Shown here one piece after another: positions 9,283-19,202 of a stretch of DNA of 64,000 nt; within the stretch, counting starts at the first letter, position 1; each line of letters starts with the position of its first letter. The DNA is taken from contig JAEZOA010000044.1 in the NCBI GenBank assembly GCA_023441625.1, positions 40,683-104,682 of the forward strand. The letters are read 5' to 3'. Made by a program: the position numbers and the translations under genes. The stretch comes from Bacillota bacterium (GTDB taxonomy: Bacteria > Bacillota > Clostridia > Acetivibrionales > DSM-1351). Below the pieces are notes generated by a model. The model did not search any database and was not told where the DNA came from. It saw only the letters and a program-made list of their open reading frames with translations.

Positions 9283-10122
9283 ATGGTTGAATTAGGCGAA
9301 ATACAGAGTTTGCAAGTAATCAGAAAGACTTCAATTGGGGTATATCTTAACACAAAAAATAGTAATGACAAGGATGATATCTTACTACCGAAAAGTCAAG
9401 TATCAGAGGGGACGGAAGTAGGAGATGAAATTGAAGTATTTGTTTATAAAGATTCTGAGGATAGAATAATTGCAACGGTAAAAAAACCCATGCTGACAGT
9501 TGGTAAATTAGCGTCACTAAAAGTAGTGGAAAATACAAAAATAGGTGCCTTTTTGGATTGGGGCTTGGAGAAAGACTTGCTATTGCCCTTTAAGGAACAG
9601 GTGGGTAAGGTTGTAGAAGGTGGTAAATATCTGGTAGGCTTGTATGTAGATAGCAGCAATAGGCTATGTGCAACTATGAATATATACGATATGCTTAGTT
9701 ATAAATCCCCTTATAAGGAAAAGGACAGAGTTCATGGTACAATCTATAACATAAGCAAGGAGCTAGGAGCATTTGTAGCTGTTGACGATAAGTATCAAGG
9801 CTTGATTCCTAGTAAGGAATTTTATGGTAATTATATGGAAGGTGATTCTATAGAAGCAAGAGTTAAAAGAGTAAGACAGGACGGAAAATTAGAATTAAGT
9901 ATAAGACAAGAGGCTTATGTTGAAATAGAGGGCGATGCTCAAAAAATTATGAATAGAATGAAGGCAGATGGTGGTAAACTTTCACTGAACGATAAAAGCT
10001 CGCCTGAAAAAATCAAAGCTGAGCTTAATATGAGTAAGGCAGCATTTAAAAGAGCTGTTGGAAGGCTTCTAAAAGAGGGGGCAATAAAAATCACAGATAA
10101 TGGTATTGAAATGATGTGGTAA
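9283..10122 (+). CDS. CvfB-family S1 RNA-binding protein
   Basis: GAFLDWGLEKDLLLPFKEQ; C-terminal SKAAFKRAVGRLLK winged helix. Confidence 0.88.
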   Translation: MVELGEIQSLQVIRKTSIGVYLNTKNSNDKDDILLPKSQVSEGTEVGDEIEVFVYKDSEDRIIATVKKPMLTVGKLASLKVVENTKIGAFLDWGLEKDLLLPFKEQVGKVVEGGKYLVGLYVDSSNRLCATMNIYDMLSYKSPYKEKDRVHGTIYNISKELGAFVAVDDKYQGLIPSKEFYGNYMEGDSIEARVKRVRQDGKLELSIRQEAYVEIEGDAQKIMNRMKADGGKLSLNDKSSPEKIKAELNMSKAAFKRAVGRLLKEGAIKITDNGIEMMW

Positions 10123-10224
10123 TAACAGATATACACAAATAAAATGAAATAAGATGATAATAAAATAAGTTTTCGGAAAATCTAAATTTGAGAACTTATT
10201 AAAATGCAAATGGAGGTATTAGCA

Positions 10225-10602
10225 ATGGGATTTATGGATGGTTTACTTGGGAATGCATCAGAAATTAAAATCCAGGATGTTCAGAAGGAATTGGGTCATC
10301 TTTTAGCAAGTGGTGAACAAATCGAAAAGGCTTATAAGCTTATTCGTGACCTTTTTATCTTCACGGATAAAAGACTAATATTAGTAGACAAACAAGGAGT
10401 AACAGGAAAAAAGGTTGAATATCATTCTATACCCTATAAAAATATAATTCATTTCAGCATAGAAACAGCAGGTCACTTTGACTTAGATGCTGAATTAAAA
10501 ATCTGGCTTTCGGGCTCACAGCTACCAATTCAAAAGCAGTTTAATAAAAGTCTAAACATCTATGAAGTGCAAAGTGTGTTAGCCGGTTATATATTAAAAT
10601 AA
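10225..10602 (+). CDS. Bacterial PH domain protein
   Basis: RDLFIFTDKRLILVDKQGVTGKKVEY, ETAGHFDLDAEL. Confidence 0.88.
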   Translation: MGFMDGLLGNASEIKIQDVQKELGHLLASGEQIEKAYKLIRDLFIFTDKRLILVDKQGVTGKKVEYHSIPYKNIIHFSIETAGHFDLDAELKIWLSGSQLPIQKQFNKSLNIYEVQSVLAGYILK

Positions 10603-10605
10603 AAA

Positions 10606-10807
10606 GTGAAGCAGCTAACTTATACTTGCAAAAGTACAAAGTAATTGCTGAAATAGGCTGGGTCACCACAAGCATTTTTGCTGTCGCAGAACCAATGTTT
10701 GTAAGGATTCTGCGACGTTCGATTTGACAGCTAAAACACTTGTGTTTCACCTACAATTTCAGCATTTACTTTTAACTGAGCTTCCCATTGGTATAAGTTG
10801 TACTCAC
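10606..10807. repeat. About 200-bp nested inverted repeat (MITE-like or structured RNA)
   Basis: AACTTATAC/GTATAAGTT, AAGTAATTGCTGAAAT/ATTTCAGCATTTACTT, CACAAG/CTTGTG, GTCGCAGAA/TTCTGCGAC. Confidence 0.65.
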
Positions 10808-11098
10808 GTATATTAAAACATAAACTTTTTCTCGTATATTTTATTTTGTTTTTCGACAGCCCAGTTTTTTCAAATCACCTTTTAAATCATCAGCAAGATC
10901 AGAAAAGTCCAAAAGTCTCGGAGGTCCAAATATAACGTTGGATTATATACATTATTAGAGTATTATGCTATAATGTGGTAAATTTGCTGCGCTATAGTTA
11001 TAAACTTCAACGGGCTAATAAAAATAATATGGTTTTAAGAGAGTTTTTACAATAAAAGATCCATTTAATTTACTTTAACTGTGAAGGGGTTAGTGAGT

Positions 11099-14000
11099 AT
11101 GAATAAAAAAATTGAAATTGAAGGTGCGTATGGCAGAGTTGTTAATTTTGCGATGCAACAAAACTATGTTCCTATTGTAAAAAAGCTAATAGTAAAAAAC
11201 CTTAGCGATGAAGATATTAGTAACTTGGAAATTATAATTACAGTAGAACCAGAATTCGCATTTGAATGGAAAACTAATATTTCAATTATTTCAGCTTTAC
11301 AGGCAATAGAATTAGATGTTGTAGACATTAATTTATCCCCAAACTTTTTATATGGTTTAACTGAAAAAATGGCTGGAACAATTTTTGTTAAGGCAAAACT
11401 TGGTGAAGAAGTACTTGTAAATATTGTTCAAGGGATAGATGTTTTGGCATATGATGAGTGGAGTGGCTCGTTGATTATGCCAGAGATAATCTCTGCATTT
11501 ATAACTCCAAATCACCCTAAGATAACTGAGATAATTATAAAGGCCAGTAAGATTCTAAAGCAATGGTGTGAAAACCCTTCATTTACAGGCTATCAGAGTA
11601 ACAATCCTAATACAGTAAAAATGCAAATGGCTGCAATATATACAGTACTACAAAATGAAAATATATCTTATTGTGTACCACCAGCAAGTTATGAAATAAT
11701 AGGACAAAGAGTACGTCATTGTGATAGTGTTTTTGAACAAAGGATGGGCACCTGTCTTGATTTATCGCTTTTATATGCAAGCTGTATAGAAGCAGTTGGT
11801 TTACATCCATTAATTATTTTCTTGAAAGGCCATGCGTTTGTTGGGTGCTGGCTTGAAGATGAATGCTTTGCTGAATGTGTACAGGACGATATTTCTATGA
11901 TAACTAAAAGAACAGCTCAAGGTATTAATGAGATTTGTTTAGTTGAGTGTACTGGTTTTGTGGCAGGGAAATTTCTAATGTTTGATGATGCTGTTAAAGC
12001 AGGTAATAATAACCTATCTGATATTAGTAAGTTTGAATTTATCGTTGATGTAAAACGTACACGAGGAAGTGGTATAAGGCCAATACCACAACGTAAGACT
12101 TCAGATGACGGAAGATATAATTTTGAAAAATTAGAACTTCTACATAGCGAATACAGCGATAAAGTAAAGATTGGAAATTCTCCAGAGGAGCTTGAGCTAT
12201 TTGGGAAAATAGAGAATGTGGAACATATTGAAGTGACACGTCAACAAATTTGGGAACGAAAGCTTTTAGATTTAAGCCTAAGAAACACGTTAGTAAGCTT
12301 TCGAGTTACTAGAACTACTATTCAGTTAATGGTTAATCAATTAAGTGAGCTAGAGGATGCATTAGCAAGTGGACAAGAGTTTCAAGTAATGGCAAAACCA
12401 AAGGAGTGGGACAATACACTCAGGGATTCTAAAATATATTCCACTGAGAATCAAACTACACTTCTAGAAAGCATAGCTAAGACTGAATTTGAAAATAAAA
12501 GAATAAGAACTTTTATAGAAGAAAACGAAGTAGAATATGCTATTACTAACCTATATCGTCAAGCAAGAATAAGCCTTGAGGAGAATGGTACCAATACTCT
12601 TTATTTGGCACTGGGCTTTTTGAAATGGTATGAGTCTAATGTAAGTGAAAAAGAAAGATATGCACCTATTGTTTTAATTCCCATTGATATTGTTAGAAAA
12701 TCTGCTCAGAAAGGCTATGTAATACGTATACGCGATGAAGAACCACAAATGAATATTACATTGCTTGAAATGCTCCGACAGGATTTTGGTTTAACAATAG
12801 GAGGCTTGGATCCACTTCCAACAGATGATAGTGGTATTAATCTGAAAACGGTATTCAACACAATCCGTCAGGCTATTATGGGAAAATCTAGATGGGATGT
12901 GGAAGAATTAGCCTTTATAGGATTGTTTTCTTTTAGCCAATTTATAATGTGGAACGATATTTGTAATAGGTCAGAGGATTTAAAGAAAAATAAAATTGTC
13001 GCAAGCTTATTGTCAGGAAAGATGGAATGGGAGCCAAACGAAGAATTCCAAGCTCCAGACACATTAGATGATATCTTTACGCCACTAGATGTAGCAGTAC
13101 CTATTAGCGCTGATTCAACGCAGTTGTCAGCCATCTGTGAAGCTGGTAAGGGAAATAGCTTTGTATTGCATGGGCCTCCGGGGACAGGTAAATCACAAAC
13201 AATAACAAATATTATTGCCAATGCCTTATTTCAAGGGAAATCTGTCTTGTTTATAGCTGAAAAAATGGCGGCTCTTTCTGTTGTACAAAAAAGATTGGAG
13301 TCAATAGGACTAGCTCCGTTTTGCTTGGAATTGCATTCAAATAAGGCAAAAAAGAAGGATGTATTAGAACAGTTAGAAGAGGCTCTTGAAATTGGAAAAA
13401 TTAAATCACCACAAGAGTATGAGGAGAAGGCTAACCGCATATATGATCTGAGAAAGAAATTAAATATTGTTGTTAAGGCTATACATAAAAAACAAGGTTT
13501 CGGTTTTTCGCTTTATGAGGCCATTACTTGTTTTGAACAATATAAGGATTATGCTGACTGTATAAAATTTACACAGGACCAAATTAAAGCTCTGACGCCC
13601 CAAAAATATATGCAGTGGATTGATTTATTAGGTCAACTGAAGGTTGTAGGGAAAGAATGTGGCAGTGCTTACAATAATCCATTATATGAACTTGCCAACT
13701 GTACATATTCTCAAGATACAAAGGGCGAAATAGAAGACAGGATAAAAGACTATGTGGCAGCTATCAATAACTTACATATTGAACTCTCAAAACTAGGTAA
13801 TATATTAGATTTAAAAAATATTGGTACCTACACTCAGACTAGTGCAGTAATAAAACTAATTAAGCAGTTAGAAAACATAGCTTATATACCAGCCAAGCTA
13901 TTTGAAAGTCAGGAGCTTTCCTTACTAAAAGATAAGGTTACACAGGTATGTGAAGCTGGGCAAAAACGGGATGAGCTTGAAAGACAGCTTACTTCAGTTT

Positions 14001-16951
14001 TTTCAGAGGAAATTCTGAAGTTTGATGATGTTGCTGCTCTGAAGCAATGGCAATTGGCAGAGTCAAGCTGGTTATTGGCAAAGTCTTTAGGTAAAAACAA
14101 AGTCATAAAGTCACTAAAAGAGCTTGCAAAAAATGTAGCTCAATTCAATAAAGACCAAGCAGTTTTCTATATTAACTTAGTTACAGAGTACAAAGCTAAT
14201 GGGAAAATTGTTTGTGAAAATAATGAGATGTTTAATAATCTATTTGGATTAATATGGAATAATGGAAAGGCTGATTGGAAGGTTGTTAGTGAAACCTATA
14301 ATCAGGCTGTTGAGCTAAATGTGGTGCTTTCACAAATAAGTAATAGCAGTGCCGATAAACAAGCTGTAAGGACTAAACTTGCTAATGAGGTACTGTGCGA
14401 TTTAGTTGGATTTAAACAACAAAATGAAGGTGTGCTAGCAGCTATTGTTGGCCAAATGGATAGGATAGTTGTTATTGAACATATCCTGTTTCAACTTGCA
14501 GGTATAGATTTTTCTAAATTTAAAGATAGCGAACAGTGGTTAGCAACTATAGGTGAAAAGGCTAAGCTATGGCTTGAAAATTTAGATGGGTTAAGAAATT
14601 GGTGCTCGTATCTTAAAGTTAAGGCAACAGTTGAAGAGATGGGATTATCCAATATAATTTGTGCATATGAAAATGGGTTAATGACAGAAGAAGATATATT
14701 GCCAGTATTTTACCGCGGTGTTTCACTGGCATGTGCAAATTATGTTGTTGATGGGGAACCCTGTCTATCAGATTTCAATGGGGCTATTTTTGAAGATAAT
14801 ATAGAAAAGTATAAACAGACCTGCATGGATTTTGAAAGTCTTACTAAGGATGAACTAATAGCAAGATTAGCTGCGAAAATACCAGCAACATCAGCGAACT
14901 TTGCTAATTCGTCAGAAATAGGGATTTTACAAAAGGCAATTAGAAGCGGTGGAAGGACATTATCTATTCGAAAGCTATTTGATAGTATTCCAAACTTACT
15001 TAGAAAGCTATGCCCTTGTATGCTTATGAGCCCAATTTCAGTTGCACAGTATATAGATCCCAAATACCCTCAATTTGATTTAGTGGTTTTTGATGAAGCA
15101 TCTCAACTACCTACTTGTGAAGCGGTAGGTGCAATAGCAAGGGGAAATAATGTAATCATTGTGGGAGATCCTAAACAGTTACCACCAACTAACTTTTTCA
15201 GTATTGATAGAGTTGATGAAGACAACTATGATAAGGAAGATTTAGAGAGTATATTAGATGATTGCTTAGCGCTCTCTATGCCTCAAAAACATCTGCTATG
15301 GCACTATCGTTCAAAACATGAAAGTTTGATAGCTTTTAGCAATATGCAATATTATGATAATAAGCTATTTACATTTCCATCACCAAATGATTTGGTTTCT
15401 AGTGTTAAATTTATACCCATTGATGGCTATTATGACAGAGGAAAAACTAAGCAAAACAGGGCTGAAGCTGAGTCGGTAATTGCAGAAATTTTAAGGAGAT
15501 TAAGCGATCCAGTATTATCAAAGCAAAGTATTGGGGTAGTAACCTTTAGCTCAGTGCAGCAAAATTTAATTGATGACTTATTGCTAGAGGCATTTGCTAA
15601 AAATCCTGAACTTGAGGAAATTAGCAACCAACTATATGAGCCAATATTTATTAAAAACCTTGAAAATGTACAGGGAGATGAACGTGACACAATACTATTT
15701 TCTGTTGGTTATGGTCCGGATTCCACTGGGAAAACTGCATTAAATTTTGGCCCTATTAACAGAGATGGTGGTTGGAGAAGACTCAACGTTGCTGTTTCTC
15801 GTGCCAGAAGAGAAATGATGGTGTTTTCAACCTTGAAACCTGAGCAGATTGATTTATCTAAAACTAGATCCGAGGGAGTAGCTGGTTTAAAGGCATTCTT
15901 GGAGTTTGCGGATAGAGGAAAGAGTGCATTACCTACTAAATTATTAAATATAACCCCAGATAGAGATATCGTTGAGAAAATAATCGCAGAAAAAATTAGA
16001 AAATTAGGCTACGAAGTAAATACCAATATTGGTTGTTCTGAATATAAGATTGATATAGGGATTATACATCCCAATAGAAAAGGTGAATATATTTTAGGTA
16101 TAATGTTTGATGGCAAAAAGTATCATGCCGCAAATACAGCTCGAGATAGAAATATTTTACAGATCAGTGTACTAAAATCCTTGGGCTGGAATATTCATCG
16201 CTTATGGATTTTAGATTGGTGGGAAAATCAAGATAAGGAATTAGAGAAAATTCGTGCTAGAGTAGAAGAGATACTGGAAAACGCTGAAAAGGGTATAGAT
16301 GCTCAATTGATTGATGTACCATCTAACCAGAACTATAACTACAAAAGGTTAGAGACTGATAGTGAAAATTTAGTTTTAAAAGAAAATAATAAGTATAAGG
16401 TCTGCGCTCTTGAAGCTGTAAATGGTGAAGCAGAGGGGTTTTACTCACTTAAAAATAATAGGTTACTTCTATCTCAAATTGAACAAGTTCTTAATATAGA
16501 AGCACCTATAAGTAAAAATTTATTATGCAAAAGAATTTTGAATGCTTGGGGTATAACCCGTTTGGGAGCTCGATTAGATGCCCGCTTTGAAGAACTTTTT
16601 AATATTTTGGGTGTAAAGAAAACGATTTCAAACAATAATGTTTTTTATTGGAATAATGAGCAGCTACCAGAGGAATATAAATTGTTTAGGGTGCCAGAAG
16701 ATGATGTGACTCGTAGGAGTTTAGAGCAAATATCTTCTGAAGAAATAGCAAACGCAATAAAATATATACTTGATAATCAGCTAAGTTTATTAAAACCAGA
16801 TTTAATTAGGGAAGTATATAAGCTATTTGGTTTCTCCAGAGGGAATTCTTCTTTTGAAGAAATTACATTTGAAGGGCTAGGAGAGGCAATAAAACGAAAT
16901 TATGTAGCTATTACTCAAGATTCAGATAGGGTTATAGTTAAAGAGTGCTAG
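11099..16951 (+). CDS. DUF4011 / SF1 helicase / Vsr-like nuclease / DUF3320 protein (Hhe-like anti-phage), with transglutaminase-like N-terminal region
   Basis: WERKLLDLSLRN, GPPGTGKS, DEASQ, VQGDERD, RRLNVAVSRAR, IDIGI..DG..YH..RDR; N-terminal GTCLD..GHAFVG. Confidence 0.82.
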   Translation: MNKKIEIEGAYGRVVNFAMQQNYVPIVKKLIVKNLSDEDISNLEIIITVEPEFAFEWKTNISIISALQAIELDVVDINLSPNFLYGLTEKMAGTIFVKAKLGEEVLVNIVQGIDVLAYDEWSGSLIMPEIISAFITPNHPKITEIIIKASKILKQWCENPSFTGYQSNNPNTVKMQMAAIYTVLQNENISYCVPPASYEIIGQRVRHCDSVFEQRMGTCLDLSLLYASCIEAVGLHPLIIFLKGHAFVGCWLEDECFAECVQDDISMITKRTAQGINEICLVECTGFVAGKFLMFDDAVKAGNNNLSDISKFEFIVDVKRTRGSGIRPIPQRKTSDDGRYNFEKLELLHSEYSDKVKIGNSPEELELFGKIENVEHIEVTRQQIWERKLLDLSLRNTLVSFRVTRTTIQLMVNQLSELEDALASGQEFQVMAKPKEWDNTLRDSKIYSTENQTTLLESIAKTEFENKRIRTFIEENEVEYAITNLYRQARISLEENGTNTLYLALGFLKWYESNVSEKERYAPIVLIPIDIVRKSAQKGYVIRIRDEEPQMNITLLEMLRQDFGLTIGGLDPLPTDDSGINLKTVFNTIRQAIMGKSRWDVEELAFIGLFSFSQFIMWNDICNRSEDLKKNKIVASLLSGKMEWEPNEEFQAPDTLDDIFTPLDVAVPISADSTQLSAICEAGKGNSFVLHGPPGTGKSQTITNIIANALFQGKSVLFIAEKMAALSVVQKRLESIGLAPFCLELHSNKAKKKDVLEQLEEALEIGKIKSPQEYEEKANRIYDLRKKLNIVVKAIHKKQGFGFSLYEAITCFEQYKDYADCIKFTQDQIKALTPQKYMQWIDLLGQLKVVGKECGSAYNNPLYELANCTYSQDTKGEIEDRIKDYVAAINNLHIELSKLGNILDLKNIGTYTQTSAVIKLIKQLENIAYIPAKLFESQELSLLKDKVTQVCEAGQKRDELERQLTSVFSEEILKFDDVAALKQWQLAESSWLLAKSLGKNKVIKSLKELAKNVAQFNKDQAVFYINLVTEYKANGKIVCENNEMFNNLFGLIWNNGKADWKVVSETYNQAVELNVVLSQISNSSADKQAVRTKLANEVLCDLVGFKQQNEGVLAAIVGQMDRIVVIEHILFQLAGIDFSKFKDSEQWLATIGEKAKLWLENLDGLRNWCSYLKVKATVEEMGLSNIICAYENGLMTEEDILPVFYRGVSLACANYVVDGEPCLSDFNGAIFEDNIEKYKQTCMDFESLTKDELIARLAAKIPATSANFANSSEIGILQKAIRSGGRTLSIRKLFDSIPNLLRKLCPCMLMSPISVAQYIDPKYPQFDLVVFDEASQLPTCEAVGAIARGNNVIIVGDPKQLPPTNFFSIDRVDEDNYDKEDLESILDDCLALSMPQKHLLWHYRSKHESLIAFSNMQYYDNKLFTFPSPNDLVSSVKFIPIDGYYDRGKTKQNRAEAESVIAEILRRLSDPVLSKQSIGVVTFSSVQQNLIDDLLLEAFAKNPELEEISNQLYEPIFIKNLENVQGDERDTILFSVGYGPDSTGKTALNFGPINRDGGWRRLNVAVSRARREMMVFSTLKPEQIDLSKTRSEGVAGLKAFLEFADRGKSALPTKLLNITPDRDIVEKIIAEKIRKLGYEVNTNIGCSEYKIDIGIIHPNRKGEYILGIMFDGKKYHAANTARDRNILQISVLKSLGWNIHRLWILDWWENQDKELEKIRARVEEILENAEKGIDAQLIDVPSNQNYNYKRLETDSENLVLKENNKYKVCALEAVNGEAEGFYSLKNNRLLLSQIEQVLNIEAPISKNLLCKRILNAWGITRLGARLDARFEELFNILGVKKTISNNNVFYWNNEQLPEEYKLFRVPEDDVTRRSLEQISSEEIANAIKYILDNQLSLLKPDLIREVYKLFGFSRGNSSFEEITFEGLGEAIKRNYVAITQDSDRVIVKEC

Positions 16952-16967
16952 TATAAACACAAATGCA

Positions 16968-17015
16968 AAAAAAACCCCAGTATACAACCTGTGCGGTGAT
17001 ATGCTGGGGGTTTTT
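16968..17015. terminator. Bidirectional terminator
   Basis: AAAAAACCCCAG...CTGGGGGTTTTT between convergent genes. Confidence 0.75.
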
Positions 17016-17022
17016 GTATCAA

Positions 17023-18963
17023 CTAAAAATCCATCTGATTTGCTTCTTGAACAATTTGCTCAACTGTTGCAGACACTTCTTCAAGGCTGGCATTTGTTTC
17101 TTCAGATGAAGCCAATACATTTTGTACATTTGTAATAGTCACTGTTATTGAACTGTCAAGCTCTATAATTAAATTTCTAATAAATGATAAAGCTACTTTT
17201 AGTTTGTCATAATTACCCTGAGTTTCGCTTACAGCTTTTTTCGATCCATCTGCAAGCTTGCTTATTTCATCTGAAACAACAGCAAAGCCACGACCAGCTT
17301 CACCTGCTCTAGCAGCTTCTATTGCAGCATTTAATGCTAAAAGGTTAGTTTGATCAGCTATGCTTATTATTGTATCCCCCATCTGCGAGTACTGTTCAAA
17401 GCTAGTATTGATATCTTCCAAACTACCTGTAATTTTACTTAATAGATTACTAATAGAGGTCATTTTTTCAGTTATTTCAGATACATCGCTGGTATTACTA
17501 TCGGTTGCTAAAGAAATTTCAGATAAAACAGAATCTATATTTTTTACTTTACTATGTAAATGAATAGAAAATGTTTTTAGATTTTGAGCAATTAGAATGT
17601 TTTTATCTGCATTTAATTGTGCTTCTTCCTTAGCGGCAATTGCAGCACTATGTTCAATATGTGCTTGCTTCTTAGCATATTCACGGCAGCTTTCAGGAAC
17701 ATTCTGACCAAGTGCTATTGCAGTAGCAGCATTTTCACAAGTTTTAAAACCACAAGCAGGACAATTTTTATTTTTTTCTAATTCAGAATCTTTAAAAAGA
17801 AGTCTATAACCATCTTCTATCTTTTTTATTCCATCATTAATTGATTCATGATATTCTTTTGATTTATCCTCATAAGTTACCATATAGTCATTAACATTAA
17901 GTTTTTTATAGAGTGTATTTACAATATCTTTAGGAGATTTTTTCTTAAATAAATTCTTTTTAGTATTTAATATGTAATTAGTTTTGGAGATTAAAGCAGC
18001 ATCCATTTCATCTTCTGAGGGTAGACTATGAGCGCTTTGACCAATATATTCAGTGCCAGTGCCAACCATACAACCTTCTGTACAGTTAAGAATATCAATT
18101 AAAAGTGGAAGATGCTGAGTATCTTTATTTATTTCACTTAAATAGTTTTGTATTACCATAGGTCCTTCAACTCTTTTTATGTGAAAAACCTTTCCAAATA
18201 CTTGTTCTACCGATTCCTTTAGCCCTCCTGGGGTAGGGTACCAAAAACCAACAAGCGAGCCAGGTGAATCAAAATCAGCTTCCTTGGAAAAGTTTCCATT
18301 AGTATCCTTACGATATGCTTCCATAAGTGTTTTAAAGGTGATGTTACCTTTGATTGCGCTATATGCTTCGAATTCATCAGTTTTGCTTATACAAGGAGAT
18401 AGACCATAAATTTCGCCTTTGAAATGCGCTTCCTTCTTCATGTATACAGCTGTACAGTGCATAGGACTGCCTATTGGACTCAGAAAAGGTATAAGATTTG
18501 GATAGAATCTCTGTATGCTTTCAACAACGGTTCTGCATGGTTGAGAAATAACAGTTTTGAGGTTGTTTTCTTTTACAGCCTTAACATATAGTACAGTTGT
18601 TATATCAGCACCAAAAGAGGTATTCCAAATCTGAGATACTCCTTTACTCTTTAGCCAAGCAAATACTTTTTTGTATTCAGTTGGGTAATTCAGCATAAAT
18701 GCAGGTGCAACAACAAGACCCATATTACCTTTTTTTAAGGCATCAAAAAAAACCTTTATATCGTCTTCATAATATCTTGCAGCATGGGGACAGGCCTTAA
18801 TACATTCACCACATGCAACGCAATTTGCCGTAACAACAGATATTTTCAAATCCTCATTCTCATCTAGATTTATTGAATTGGCAAATGTTTGAGGACATGC
18901 AGAAACACAAACATTACAACCCTCACATTTTGTAATATTTGTCTTAATTAAATCCCTTTTCAT
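17023..18963 (-). CDS. [FeFe]-hydrogenase-like Fe-S sensor fused to MCP signalling domain
   Basis: Two CxxCxxCxxxCP ferredoxin motifs, [32 protein letters not shown], then [21 protein letters not shown]. Confidence 0.85.
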   Translation of the reverse strand: MKRDLIKTNITKCEGCNVCVSACPQTFANSINLDENEDLKISVVTANCVACGECIKACPHAARYYEDDIKVFFDALKKGNMGLVVAPAFMLNYPTEYKKVFAWLKSKGVSQIWNTSFGADITTVLYVKAVKENNLKTVISQPCRTVVESIQRFYPNLIPFLSPIGSPMHCTAVYMKKEAHFKGEIYGLSPCISKTDEFEAYSAIKGNITFKTLMEAYRKDTNGNFSKEADFDSPGSLVGFWYPTPGGLKESVEQVFGKVFHIKRVEGPMVIQNYLSEINKDTQHLPLLIDILNCTEGCMVGTGTEYIGQSAHSLPSEDEMDAALISKTNYILNTKKNLFKKKSPKDIVNTLYKKLNVNDYMVTYEDKSKEYHESINDGIKKIEDGYRLLFKDSELEKNKNCPACGFKTCENAATAIALGQNVPESCREYAKKQAHIEHSAAIAAKEEAQLNADKNILIAQNLKTFSIHLHSKVKNIDSVLSEISLATDSNTSDVSEITEKMTSISNLLSKITGSLEDINTSFEQYSQMGDTIISIADQTNLLALNAAIEAARAGEAGRGFAVVSDEISKLADGSKKAVSETQGNYDKLKVALSFIRNLIIELDSSITVTITNVQNVLASSEETNASLEEVSATVEQIVQEANQMDF

Positions 18964-19202
18964 GTAAAAATTCTCCTTTAATACAAAATTATATGCAACT
19001 ATTAATATATTACAGCTAAATATTACAAAATAATAGATATAAAATGTAAAAATAACAAATTATTTTATAATAAAGTAATTTCATGAAGAATTATCTAAAA
19101 AAAGGACATTATCGCTATTAATTATATTGTAGAACATTGAAATATTTATTTCTATATAGTAAACTACATATGAATGTAAAATAATGAAAAGGAGCCATAA
19201 AA

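Noticed and set aside
10848..10866. TTTTTCGACAGCCC resembling an IS terminal repeat
   Set aside because: No partner end or transposase remnant recognisable
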